Notes under the pieces: generated by a model
Seen by the model: only the letters and a program-made list of their open reading frames with translations
Told to the model about the DNA's origin: nothing
Database searches by the model: none
DNA from: an uncultured virus (IMG/VR IMGVR_UViG_3300025400_000009)
Taxonomy: Duplodnaviria > Heunggongvirae > Uroviricota > Caudoviricetes
Strand: one strand, 5' to 3'
IMG/VR virus record: IMGVR_UViG_3300025400_000009
Length of the DNA stretch: 64,000 nt
Translations under genes and position numbers: made by a program
Part shown: in pieces, positions 19,081-28,033 of the stretch
Layout: every line of letters begins with the position of its first letter
Position numbering within the stretch: the stretch's first letter is position 1

Positions 19081-20178
19081 TTATTTGGATAGACCCGCTA
19101 ACTTGCGGATGTCCAAAATGTTATCTAAGCCTACCTCGGCTTTCATTTCACGATTTCCAGTAACAGGTGTAGCACTTTCACTTAAAACTGCTTTCTTAGG
19201 AGCGGCTTTACGTGTCTGTCCTTCCATTACTGCTGGTAGGTATTTGTCAAAAGATTCATTTAGTTTTTGTGTTGGAACGGATTCCAACAATTCTTTCATG
19301 ATCTCTCTCTTATCGGCACCCAACGGGGCCAACAACTCGCCTAAAGCAGCTTTGCGTTCCATCAAATCTTTTGTAACGCGAAGATCGCGTTGTACGGATT
19401 CGACCAAACTTGCTTTTTCTGCAACGGCTTGTTTTGCTTCAGCTAGTTCTTGTTCTTTCTTCTTGATGATCGTTAACAATTTACTTGTTTCAGATTTCTC
19501 ATTTAGAAAGGAACCAGCAAACTCTTGTGCAAATGCTTCATAGATCTTACGACCAAAGTCATTGTTACGAGCACTGTCAATATCTTCTTTCAATTGTTTG
19601 ATTTCAGATGTTAACTTTGTAGTAACAGTGGCTTCAACAACCTTACTAGCTTGTTGAATGAAACGTTGCTTGATTTCTCCAAACTTGCTTTTTGCTTCAC
19701 GAACTAGCTTAACTTTAGTTTCAGCTAGATCTCGCTTGTCAGCAGCAAACTCGTTGATTTCTTTAGCTAGAGCGTGAACTACGAATTGCTCTAACTTGTT
19801 GAAATTCTCAGAAACTTTTTTACGGTCTCCTTGGAACTCAACCAATTCTTTTCCTAGTTGATTGATGATAAAACTTTCTAACTTTTTAGCATCTTCAGCA
19901 ATACGTTGTTTGTATTGTGCTTTTGCTTCAGCTAGGGCCTTTTTATCTTCATGCAATTCGGACATCTCAGCGGTTAGGCGATCACTTAACATCTTGTCGA
20001 TTGCTTCTACCATAACTTGTTTGTCATGTGTATACTTTTGTGCAAACTCTTCACGAAGTTCAGCAGTCACTTGGTCGCGTGTTTCTTGTAGTTTAGTCGC
20101 AAGAGCAGTTTCGACAACTTGTTGTGTCTCTACTGTCATTACACCTGACTCTACTAATTGTTTGAATGCGTCCAACAT
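19081..20178 (-). CDS. gp22: Prohead core/scaffold protein, gp22-like
   Basis: 365-aa Glu/Lys-rich coiled coil between protease and capsid genes. Confidence 0.8.
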   Translation of the reverse strand: MLDAFKQLVESGVMTVETQQVVETALATKLQETRDQVTAELREEFAQKYTHDKQVMVEAIDKMLSDRLTAEMSELHEDKKALAEAKAQYKQRIAEDAKKLESFIINQLGKELVEFQGDRKKVSENFNKLEQFVVHALAKEINEFAADKRDLAETKVKLVREAKSKFGEIKQRFIQQASKVVEATVTTKLTSEIKQLKEDIDSARNNDFGRKIYEAFAQEFAGSFLNEKSETSKLLTIIKKKEQELAEAKQAVAEKASLVESVQRDLRVTKDLMERKAALGELLAPLGADKREIMKELLESVPTQKLNESFDKYLPAVMEGQTRKAAPKKAVLSESATPVTGNREMKAEVGLDNILDIRKLAGLSK

Positions 20179-20194
20179 TTATTTCTCCTCGGGC

Positions 20195-20827
20195 TTATTT
20201 TAGACCTTTAATAATATTCAAGAGACTCTCTTGAAGATATTTCTGGGCCTTTGGATCTTCTTTTACTTCTTGTGCAACACGGAACGCTCTATTCCCGCCA
20301 CGAGCATTCATTATATGCTCGTAAACTGGAGTAGGATACGCACCTGGAGCACTGGGTTGAGCAACTACATCTACGGTGATAATTTCGAAGTCGGATACAT
20401 GGCCGTTCATGTCGTTGACATTGCCACTACCACGAGAACTCACGCCAAGTTTTACACCTGCTTCGAGCATCGTACGAACTAGTTGTCCCATTGGCGTAGG
20501 TAAAATTTTCATCTTACCATAGCCATTTGGACCTTCCATCCACATCTGAGTAATCATATGGGATACACGGTCTAAATTTACTTTTAAGTCATCAGGATGG
20601 TCAACTTCACCTAACACACTATAACCGTTTTTAATTTGGTCGTTTAATGCGTTAACTGCACGTTCAATTTCATCTACTGGGTAGACACGTTGATTTGCAT
20701 TACGGATACCACCTTGGATAGCAATGCCTTTTAGGTAAAGACTTTTGCCATCCTTGTCGTCAGACTCCATAACAATAGAAGCCTGATCGAAACTTAGGTG
20801 TTCACGTAGATAAGAATATTTGCTCAT
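20195..20827 (-). CDS. gp21: Prohead protease, T4 gp21 family
   Basis: RNANQRVYP, LGEVDHP, VSHMIT, GKMKILPTPMG, LGVSSRGSG, TVDVVAQPSAPGA motifs. Confidence 0.95.
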   Translation of the reverse strand: MSKYSYLREHLSFDQASIVMESDDKDGKSLYLKGIAIQGGIRNANQRVYPVDEIERAVNALNDQIKNGYSVLGEVDHPDDLKVNLDRVSHMITQMWMEGPNGYGKMKILPTPMGQLVRTMLEAGVKLGVSSRGSGNVNDMNGHVSDFEIITVDVVAQPSAPGAYPTPVYEHIMNARGGNRAFRVAQEVKEDPKAQKYLQESLLNIIKGLK

Positions 20828-20840
20828 CCTGTTTCTCTAA

Positions 20841-21857
20841 TTAAGCGTTGCGGTTAGGGGCGCCGTTGATAGGGCTCTTAACTTGGCCAACACTAGTTTG
20901 ACCTGCTTTGTCACCTGTTCCAGAACCAACTGGTCCGGCTGCTTTGTTGTTACCTGGGTAACCGGCACCTTGTTTGCTTAGTGTTTTAACGCCAGACTTA
21001 ACGCCATCAACGTTGTGCATACCCTTAGCAAACTTTTCACCCTTTTCTGGGTTGATACCTTTGTGTACTTTAGCAGGACTTGTGCCAGTATTGCTTTCGC
21101 CTTCTGTGTAATCTTGTGCTAGATTAGCAGCGGTTGCACCACTTTCTGGTTTACCTTTACCAGAACTTACTGCACTTTTGCCTTCGACTGGAGCACTTTG
21201 TTTTTCACCAGTGCCAGCACCTAGGTATTGACCTTGAGATTTTTGTGTGTTTCCACTGTAATCGTGGCCAACTTTCTCAACATACTCACGTGTCATACGA
21301 CGACCTTCCATGAAGCCCATTCCTTCGTCTTCATCTTCTTCGTCGCCAAATTCTTCTTCACCTTCTTCGTCACCCATTTCGGCTTCTTCTTCACCTTGGG
21401 CTTGTTCTAGTTCAGCAAAAGCGGCTTCAAGTTCAGCAATAGCGTTCTTGATGTCCATGATTGCGGAATCTTCTTGACCTTCATGACCGTGTTCGTCGTC
21501 AGCTGGAGCATCAAAGTTGTCGCCATCAGTGGAGATTTCACCACCAAAGTCGTCTGTTTCGTCACCAGTTTCGTCACTGTCCATCATGTAAGAATCTTCT
21601 AATTCTTCATCACCTTCGTCCATTTCTTCTTCTTTGGACTCGTCCATTTCTTCTTCATCGTCCGCAGCACCTTCTTCTACAGATTCATCTGCTTCTTCGT
21701 CGGCTGCTTCGTCCATTTCTTCATCTTCTTCTTCAGCGATAAGGTTTTCATAGATATCGCGTGACTTCTCGACAACGATTTCGTGGAATAGAGCGTTAGC
21801 ACCTTCCATGTCTTCGTTTACAAGTAAGTCTAGTAATTGTTCAAATTTTGTAGACAT
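20841..21857 (-). CDS. Highly acidic prohead core/internal protein (338 aa)
   Basis: Asp/Glu-rich N-terminal half with EEEMDE repeats, Gly/Lys-rich C-terminal half; sits between portal and protease, the position of T4 gp67/gp68. Confidence 0.65.
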   Translation of the reverse strand: MSTKFEQLLDLLVNEDMEGANALFHEIVVEKSRDIYENLIAEEEDEEMDEAADEEADESVEEGAADDEEEMDESKEEEMDEGDEELEDSYMMDSDETGDETDDFGGEISTDGDNFDAPADDEHGHEGQEDSAIMDIKNAIAELEAAFAELEQAQGEEEAEMGDEEGEEEFGDEEDEDEGMGFMEGRRMTREYVEKVGHDYSGNTQKSQGQYLGAGTGEKQSAPVEGKSAVSSGKGKPESGATAANLAQDYTEGESNTGTSPAKVHKGINPEKGEKFAKGMHNVDGVKSGVKTLSKQGAGYPGNNKAAGPVGSGTGDKAGQTSVGQVKSPINGAPNRNA

Positions 21858-22041
21858 GTTATTAATTTCTCCTATTAGGGTAGCGGCAAGGCTGTAGCAA
21901 TATTTACACTACAGTAATATTACGTGCTGGAAATAGGCTGAAAACGAATCGTTTTGGCCTTAAAGTGACAGAGTTAGACTCTTTTTTGACTATTTTTTGT
22001 TAAAAATATTTAGTTTCTGTATCTAAGAGTTATATAGAGCG

Positions 22042-22290
22042 TTAAGTAGTACCAGCTTCTGGTGGAGGAGCGGCATACATTTTACGCACTAAACCCATTT
22101 CTTCTCTATGTTCGCGAGTGTGTGCTTCGCTGGCTTTTCTAATGTCATTGATCATTTTTAAAGTCAAACGAGTCTTACGATAGTCGGTTCTTTTAAGGAT
22201 GTTGTCAGTGTCGTTTTGGCTGACATAACGATCATCCTCTTTAGGACCGGCTTGGTCGCGATCAAAATAAATGAATTCTCTTAAAAACAT
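22042..22290 (-). CDS. Small conserved-looking head-module protein (82 aa)
   Basis: Intact ORF with RKTRLTL..IN..RK motif; TATAAATA 5 nt upstream. Confidence 0.7.
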   Translation of the reverse strand: MFLREFIYFDRDQAGPKEDDRYVSQNDTDNILKRTDYRKTRLTLKMINDIRKASEAHTREHREEMGLVRKMYAAPPPEAGTT

Positions 22291-22295
22291 AGTGT

Positions 22296-22303
22296 TATTT
22301 ATA
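22296..22303 (-). promoter_or_regulatory. Late promoter TATAAATA overlapping the portal stop codon
   Basis: Exact consensus; contains the TAA of gp20. Confidence 0.65.
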
Positions 22304-24041
22304 CAGCAGGAGCTGCTTCCCCGGCTCCGCTACCTGCGGTTGGAACAGGAGCGCCGCCTTCTGCTGGTTCTTCTCCCATGGCTTCTGGGCTAGGTTCTGG
22401 AGCAGATAATGAACTAATATCCCCGCCAATACCGTTTGCAGTAATACCTGCACTACGCATTTCGCTACTAGCACTCAAGAATTGATCTTCATCAACATTT
22501 TCTTCTTTCCATAAGGTAGCATTTTGTGCAACTTCTTCTTTGGTTAGTCCCAAGAAACGTTCTAGAGCAAATCGTTTACTAATGAAAGGAATAGCAACCA
22601 TGGCGTTAAATGTATTAACACGGGCAGTATCCATTTCAGCTTGACGATAGGAGGCAAAGTTTTGTGGAGGATTAAATTTAATGTCAAAAATATTGCTATC
22701 TACATTGATACCTTGGGTATGTAAGTATACCTTAAACTCTGTATCAAATGGCTCATTCATCAATGATTGTAGTCGCTCGCAATACTTGTTAAATCTTAGT
22801 TCTTGAATATAGGCTGTCCCAACTCGTCCATCATTAAAGCTGCTACCTCCGTCATCGCTACTAGTTGGTAAGTAAGAACTTGGAATACGCAAAGCGCGAA
22901 ATAGTTTATTAGTAAAGTACTTAAGGTCATCAATTTCTCCTAAGTTTTGACCGCCTTGTAAGATTTCAACCTTACTACCACGACCTTCAGCAGTTGTTGG
23001 GAAGAAGTAATCTTCATTAATGCTTAAAGGATTATAACTTGCATCAATTACACTTTGGCCACCACCACCTGCACTAGGAATACGGCGTTGGTTAATTTCA
23101 TTTTTAACACGTTCAACGAATGCCATGGCCAAGTGACTAGGCATATTACCTACGTCAATGTGGAACACACGACGTTCCGGAGCACGTTGTATACGATAGA
23201 TTAAGATAGCATCTTCTAGTAGTTCTTTTTGTTTGAACACTTTAAAGATACTTTCCATTAAACTATTACCAAATGGGAAGTTGTTGTCTAACCCTTCACT
23301 CATGCTAATATGGATTACATGACGAGCATCAATAGCATATTGATTTTGATTTTCACTAAAACGACTGCTATTGGCAGTTGTAGGGAATGATCCAGTCATG
23401 CCCCTTGCCCCGCCTGCAGCGCCGCCGCCGCTTCCATAACTACCACCAAACTGGCTTCCGCCACCATTTTGATTGCTAGGTTGAATAGCAGTTGTACTTA
23501 GAGCTTCGAAGTTTGGATTAAAATCACGAATGTGATATTGTTCAGGCTTCTTGCCTTCGCTTTCATTTACAATAATCTTGTCTACTTTAGCTGGATCAAC
23601 ATACATCCATGCCTGTGTTTCTGGGTCACGAACAAAGAAACTATCACCAAATTTAAATGCATTTCGTACGATTTTAAACATACGAACAGGAAACTTGTTT
23701 AACTTACACCACTGTTGTAGGTACTTTTTAATGATTTTAATTTCAGTCGTAGTAGCTTGTTCTTTGAATTTGATTTGAAAAGGAGTACCGTTTTCTTCGT
23801 TTAGCTGTGTACAAAACTCTGCTAAAATATCAAACGCTGCGTTGACTTCACTGTCGGAATCCATTGTATCATACTGTCCATAACGCTCTAAACGGTTGGG
23901 GTGACCAGCATAAACGTCAGGAAGATAGCTAGAATAGTTTGAACGACTAGGGTTACCGCCCGAGTTTATACTCGTGCTACCACTAATGGTGCTCAGTTTA
24001 CCCGATAGATTAACGGGTGTAAAGTACTTTTTCCATGACAA
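22299..24041 (-). CDS. gp20: Portal protein, T4 gp20 family
   Basis: LLEDAILIYRIQRAPERRVFHIDVGNMP, EDYFFP..EGRGSKVEILQGGQNLGEIDDLKYF..KLFRALRIPSS, ELRFNKY..RLQ motifs. TTG start with GGAG RBS and GTAAATA at 24065-24071. Confidence 0.96.
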   Translation of the reverse strand: MSWKKYFTPVNLSGKLSTISGSTSINSGGNPSRSNYSSYLPDVYAGHPNRLERYGQYDTMDSDSEVNAAFDILAEFCTQLNEENGTPFQIKFKEQATTTEIKIIKKYLQQWCKLNKFPVRMFKIVRNAFKFGDSFFVRDPETQAWMYVDPAKVDKIIVNESEGKKPEQYHIRDFNPNFEALSTTAIQPSNQNGGGSQFGGSYGSGGGAAGGARGMTGSFPTTANSSRFSENQNQYAIDARHVIHISMSEGLDNNFPFGNSLMESIFKVFKQKELLEDAILIYRIQRAPERRVFHIDVGNMPSHLAMAFVERVKNEINQRRIPSAGGGGQSVIDASYNPLSINEDYFFPTTAEGRGSKVEILQGGQNLGEIDDLKYFTNKLFRALRIPSSYLPTSSDDGGSSFNDGRVGTAYIQELRFNKYCERLQSLMNEPFDTEFKVYLHTQGINVDSNIFDIKFNPPQNFASYRQAEMDTARVNTFNAMVAIPFISKRFALERFLGLTKEEVAQNATLWKEENVDEDQFLSASSEMRSAGITANGIGGDISSLSAPEPSPEAMGEEPAEGGAPVPTAGSGAGEAAPAV

Positions 24042-24080
24042 GATGTATTCTCCGGCTTATGGCTTATTTACCTTTATACA

Positions 24081-26381
24081 TTAGGGGTTTTGTTTTCTTA
24101 TTGAATAGAAAGTAAACCCGCCAACATTATCATAAATGTCTTGTGTATAATCCAAACCTTCTTCATGAATGTTTTTAGTATCTTGTAGTGTGCTATGAAT
24201 AGCCTTCAGTGTGCTATTTTGTTGAGACATAACTTCGCGCATTTGAGCTTGATCCGAAACTTCTTTAGTAGTATCATCTTTTTTCTTTTCTTCTTCTGTA
24301 GGTATCAATCCGCCAGCAAGTTCTCCTAGCTTGCCGCCAGCAAAACCGCCTACGCCAGCACCACCTGCCGCTAGCAATGCAAGAGATAAGCCGCCGGTTT
24401 CTGGAGCCAATCCCAATGCCAATCCATATAAAAGAGTCCCTAGTACACTTGCTCCTATTAGACCACCTGTGGCTTTTCCATATTCTTGATTTGCAGTCTG
24501 CTGATTTATTTCGCCTTTATTTTTACGTTCAGTTGTATCCGATACTTGGAACAATGCACCAATGCCTGCTAATACAGTAGTTACTTTAGATAGATAGGGT
24601 AGAATATATTTTCCAAAAAATCCAGTTACCGCAGGTCCGTATTTTTCTAATGATTTTTCAATAATGCCTCCACCTCCCCCGCCTAAGGCGGCGCCTCCTA
24701 CTGGAATAACATACATGGGATTAGTTATAGTACCAAGAGTTCCGAACCCTAATATACCTTTACCACCCCTAGCTAAAAGTATATCTCCCACTGTTTCTTT
24801 GAATAATAATGTGGCTTTTTGTGCTGCTATGTATCCGGTTAGACCAACTATAGCTAAACCTAACACAGATAATAATCCAGGAATCTTTGATAATCCGGTT
24901 ATAACCAAAGAAAATGCAGCAGCCATATGTGTAACGATAGAAGTTACAATCTTAACAGCAGGAATCATTGCATCTAATATTACAGATCCTAAGTTTTTAA
25001 AAGATTGAGATAGACTTGCAAGATCAGCTGCTTGACTTTGTTCTCTTGTTCGTTGATTTGCAGTAACCTGATCTACAAGATTTGTCCATGCTTCTCTAGT
25101 GCTTAACTCTTTGTTTATTTGGATAGTGTTTGCTCTAGCAGAAACATTAGCAGCTTGTTGAAGCTGACCACCTTTTAACAAAGCAACCTGGAATGGCAAG
25201 GATGCGTTTTCAAAATCTTGTGCTGCTGCGTACTGCATACTAGCGCCGGCTTTAGTTTGATCGCTAACAGTCTTTGTAGTATCATGAACATTTGATACCA
25301 AATTTGTTAGCTCGTTAGTAGCACCCGGTAATGCACCTGCAAACTGCCCATGGGCCGAATCTAATACAGTACCGAATAATGATAAAGACTGAAAGTTTTC
25401 CGCCATTACTTTGCCGCCACGGGCATTTGCTTCTGCTAGACCAATAACTGCTTTATCAACGGCCTGTTGCCCTTCTGTTAAACGAAGTCTAGCAAGATAG
25501 TTTTCCCACGCAGAATTTAAAGATAGTTTTTTAAGTTCAGCTTCCTGTTCTTTTCTATTTTTTCCGGTGATTTCAGCAAGTCCATCTAGTTCCTCTAGAT
25601 ATAGCCCAGTGCCTTGAGTTATACCCGTAATGTTGTTTAACTCAGATTGAGTTCGACCGCCAGTCATTTGAATATAATCTAAAGCACCTTGATTTAAATC
25701 TTCAAAAGTATAACCCAAGGCCAATAAATTTCTACCTGTATCACCAGATACAAATTCTTTACTAAATGTACTAAAAGACCTTGCTCCATCACTAACAGTA
25801 TCTCCCATTAAGGCTAGAGTACTGCTATTTTTGTTAATTAAATCTGTAAATTCCTGTAGTGTTAGATAAGAGTTAGCCGCAGCCATACGCATGTCGGTAA
25901 GACTTCCGCTAAAACTAACACCAGCATTAGTAATGCTTTGATAAGACTTAAAGTTATCTTCTTGAAATTTAAGTATAGTAGCAAATGCCAGTGAGACTTG
26001 TCCTATACCATAAGGTAGTTGGGACATGGCATTGAACACATCACTAAATGACCCTGCACCCGAAGTTATCGTTGAAGTAACCGATGCCAAGTTAGTAAAA
26101 CTAGTGTTTACCGCTTTAGTAACTAAATCTAACTTGCTTACTGTATTTGCAGCTTCGCCGGCATTTTGAGCAGTTCCTTTTAAACTTGCATTTGCTCGAG
26201 CAATAGCATCGTCGTTAAATCCTGCCCGTGTTGCCCATCGATTTATAGAATCTAAAGTTTGTTTATTACCAGCCAGACTACTTAACAATAGTTGTTTAAG
26301 TGTAGCCTCAGTAGCTGCATTATTCAGCACTACATCTTCTACACCATCCGGTCCTGTAATCGTTCCTGTTACGTCTGCCAT
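24081..26381 (-). CDS. Tape-measure-like protein (766 aa)
   Basis: Helical Ala/Leu/Gln-rich body, hydrophobic and glycine-zipper segments near the C-terminus, adjacent to a chaperone-like pair. Confidence 0.6.
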   Translation of the reverse strand: MADVTGTITGPDGVEDVVLNNAATEATLKQLLLSSLAGNKQTLDSINRWATRAGFNDDAIARANASLKGTAQNAGEAANTVSKLDLVTKAVNTSFTNLASVTSTITSGAGSFSDVFNAMSQLPYGIGQVSLAFATILKFQEDNFKSYQSITNAGVSFSGSLTDMRMAAANSYLTLQEFTDLINKNSSTLALMGDTVSDGARSFSTFSKEFVSGDTGRNLLALGYTFEDLNQGALDYIQMTGGRTQSELNNITGITQGTGLYLEELDGLAEITGKNRKEQEAELKKLSLNSAWENYLARLRLTEGQQAVDKAVIGLAEANARGGKVMAENFQSLSLFGTVLDSAHGQFAGALPGATNELTNLVSNVHDTTKTVSDQTKAGASMQYAAAQDFENASLPFQVALLKGGQLQQAANVSARANTIQINKELSTREAWTNLVDQVTANQRTREQSQAADLASLSQSFKNLGSVILDAMIPAVKIVTSIVTHMAAAFSLVITGLSKIPGLLSVLGLAIVGLTGYIAAQKATLLFKETVGDILLARGGKGILGFGTLGTITNPMYVIPVGGAALGGGGGGIIEKSLEKYGPAVTGFFGKYILPYLSKVTTVLAGIGALFQVSDTTERKNKGEINQQTANQEYGKATGGLIGASVLGTLLYGLALGLAPETGGLSLALLAAGGAGVGGFAGGKLGELAGGLIPTEEEKKKDDTTKEVSDQAQMREVMSQQNSTLKAIHSTLQDTKNIHEEGLDYTQDIYDNVGGFTFYSIRKQNP

Positions 26382-26405
26382 TGTTTTTCCAGAGTTTTCT
26401 GCGTA

Positions 26406-26413
26406 TATAAATA
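26406..26413 (+). promoter_or_regulatory. Late promoter TATAAATA for gp26-like gene
   Basis: Exact consensus upstream of GTG 26465. Confidence 0.65.
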
Positions 26414-26445
26414 CTTAAAAGAAGATAACCGTTTTATCTTAAAGT

Positions 26446-26453
26446 TATTTATT
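26446..26453 (-). promoter_or_regulatory. Late promoter-like AATAAATA for tape-measure-like gene
   Basis: One mismatch to consensus, upstream of ATG 26381. Confidence 0.5.
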
Positions 26454-26464
26454 CGGAGAAAACC

Positions 26465-27340
26465 GTGCCTGAAAACACCACATTTAATATTCCTGAGAAT
26501 CCTTTGACCATGTTCATGCGTCAACCAAAAGTCTACATCAGACTACCTAGCAACGGAGAATATTGGCCACAAGGCAGTTTAGATCTACCCGATAACAGGC
26601 AAATCGCAGTTTATTCCATGACTGCTAAAGATGAAATCTTATTGAACATCCCCGATGCCTTAATGAATGGACAAGCAGTAGTAGACGTCATTCAAAACTG
26701 TATTCCCGCAGTTAAAAATGCATGGGCAGCACCTAGTCTAGATATCGATGCCATGTTGATTGCAATACGTATTGCTACCTATGGAGAAATGATGAAAACT
26801 CCTATTAAGTTTAATGATGATTTGGAAATGGATTATCAAATAGATTTAAGAACGGTGTTAGATTCATTGATGAACAATGTTTCCTGGACTACAGCGGTGC
26901 CCATTAATGACTCAATGACTGTGTTTGTTAAACCCTTGACCTATAAACAAATAACAAAAAGTTCAATTCAAGTGTTTGAAACACAAAAAATTATTCAGTT
27001 GGCCAACAATGATTCAGTCAGCGAGGACGATAAAGTAAAACTCTTTAAACAAAGTTTTAACAAACTCACTGATTCTACAGTAGACTCTATTGTTGATAGC
27101 ATTTCTCATATAGACACAATTCAAGGTAGTGTTAGTAACCCTCAATTTATTAAAGAGTTTATTAATAATGCCGATAAAGATGTTTTCAATAAGATTCAAA
27201 AACATCTAGAAGACATGAAAGACCAAAATTCTATCAAACCCATGAAGGTACCGGTAACTCCTGAAATGCAGGAACGCGGAGTCACGGGGGATACCGTCGA
27301 TATTCCTTTGGTATTTGATTCCTCGACTTTTTTCGCGTAA
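26465..27340 (+). CDS. gp26: Baseplate hub assembly/tail chaperone, T4 gp26-like
   Basis: RQPKVYIRLPS.G, MTAKDEILL, D.DAMLIAIRIATYGE motifs; ends ...STFFA; GGAG RBS before GTG. Confidence 0.75.
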   Translation: MPENTTFNIPENPLTMFMRQPKVYIRLPSNGEYWPQGSLDLPDNRQIAVYSMTAKDEILLNIPDALMNGQAVVDVIQNCIPAVKNAWAAPSLDIDAMLIAIRIATYGEMMKTPIKFNDDLEMDYQIDLRTVLDSLMNNVSWTTAVPINDSMTVFVKPLTYKQITKSSIQVFETQKIIQLANNDSVSEDDKVKLFKQSFNKLTDSTVDSIVDSISHIDTIQGSVSNPQFIKEFINNADKDVFNKIQKHLEDMKDQNSIKPMKVPVTPEMQERGVTGDTVDIPLVFDSSTFFA

Positions 27341-27345
27341 GGCTT

Positions 27346-27564
27346 TTGTATCTTGATATTCCTGAAGTCGAAAAACTCCTTAACGACCTAGACGGAAATA
27401 CAAAAGCCATTAAAGAAGAACTGTTAAGAATATGTTGGTTTATGAGGGGAGGGGTAGGATATAATGAAAGTTATATGCTTTCTCCCGAAGACAGAGAGAT
27501 TATCACTAAGATTATCGAAAAGAACTTAGAAACAACTAAAGAAAGCGGATTACCTTTCTTCTAA
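27346..27564 (+). CDS. gp51-like hub assembly protein; possibly the C-terminal part of a -1 frameshift fusion
   Basis: CWFMRGG..Y.E.Y.LSPEDREII pattern; only a TTG start with poor RBS spacing; frame is open from 27319, overlapping the gp26 end in the -1 frame. Confidence 0.65.
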   Translation: MYLDIPEVEKLLNDLDGNTKAIKEELLRICWFMRGGVGYNESYMLSPEDREIITKIIEKNLETTKESGLPFF

Positions 27565-27570
27565 TACTAG

Positions 27571-27590
27571 AAATGAGCTAAAGCTCATTT
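27571..27590. terminator. Perfect inverted repeat at the convergence of two transcription units
   Basis: AAATGAGC-TAAA-GCTCATTT immediately after the 27564 stop. Confidence 0.55.
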
Positions 27591-27639
27591 GTTATTTCGC
27601 TCACGCTCATAACTGATTGTATTTCTTTTAATCACGACG

Positions 27640-28033
27640 TGTTAAATTTCATGTAGATTGTTTCAGTCAGACGGAACCGTTTTGCAAGGTTCCGTCTCTT
27701 TGTCTTCATGTGAGTCATCACAGCCGAGACATTGGAAGTAGGTTTTAATTATTCACCGTATGCTAATGGGCTCTGACCTTTCCCAACCTACGTCGACATC
27801 GCAGAATTATCTGCTACCTTAAACTTCGTTCCTAGTGTTTAAGTTTTTATAGCCGGTGATTTCGTATGCTAACATTCATACTATAACAATGCGTCGGGCG
27901 TATGGTTCTACCCTCTGACTCACTTCCGATTTTTCAGGATACTGGAATTCCTCCAGGGGAGTGCATCATTATGTTACGTGTCCGGTTATTCCCCGGTTTT
28001 TCCACAGCGGTATTACAAACTGGCCCGCTAACC
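27640..28033 (-). ncRNA. Candidate large structured non-coding RNA (unidentified family)
   Basis: ORF-free gap with at least ten nested helices read by eye, including long-range 27710-17/27916-23 and 27724-34/27887-97; G-U pairs favour the minus strand. Boundaries approximate. Confidence 0.6.

Noticed and set aside
21300..21740. TCTTCTTC-rich tract as a DNA tandem repeat
   Set aside because: It simply encodes the Glu/Asp-rich part of the acidic core protein.
27565..28033. tRNA, tmRNA, RNase P RNA or CRISPR array in the gap
   Set aside because: No cloverleaf with GTTCRA and CCA, no tmRNA termini, no GAGGAAAGUCC, no regularly spaced repeats.
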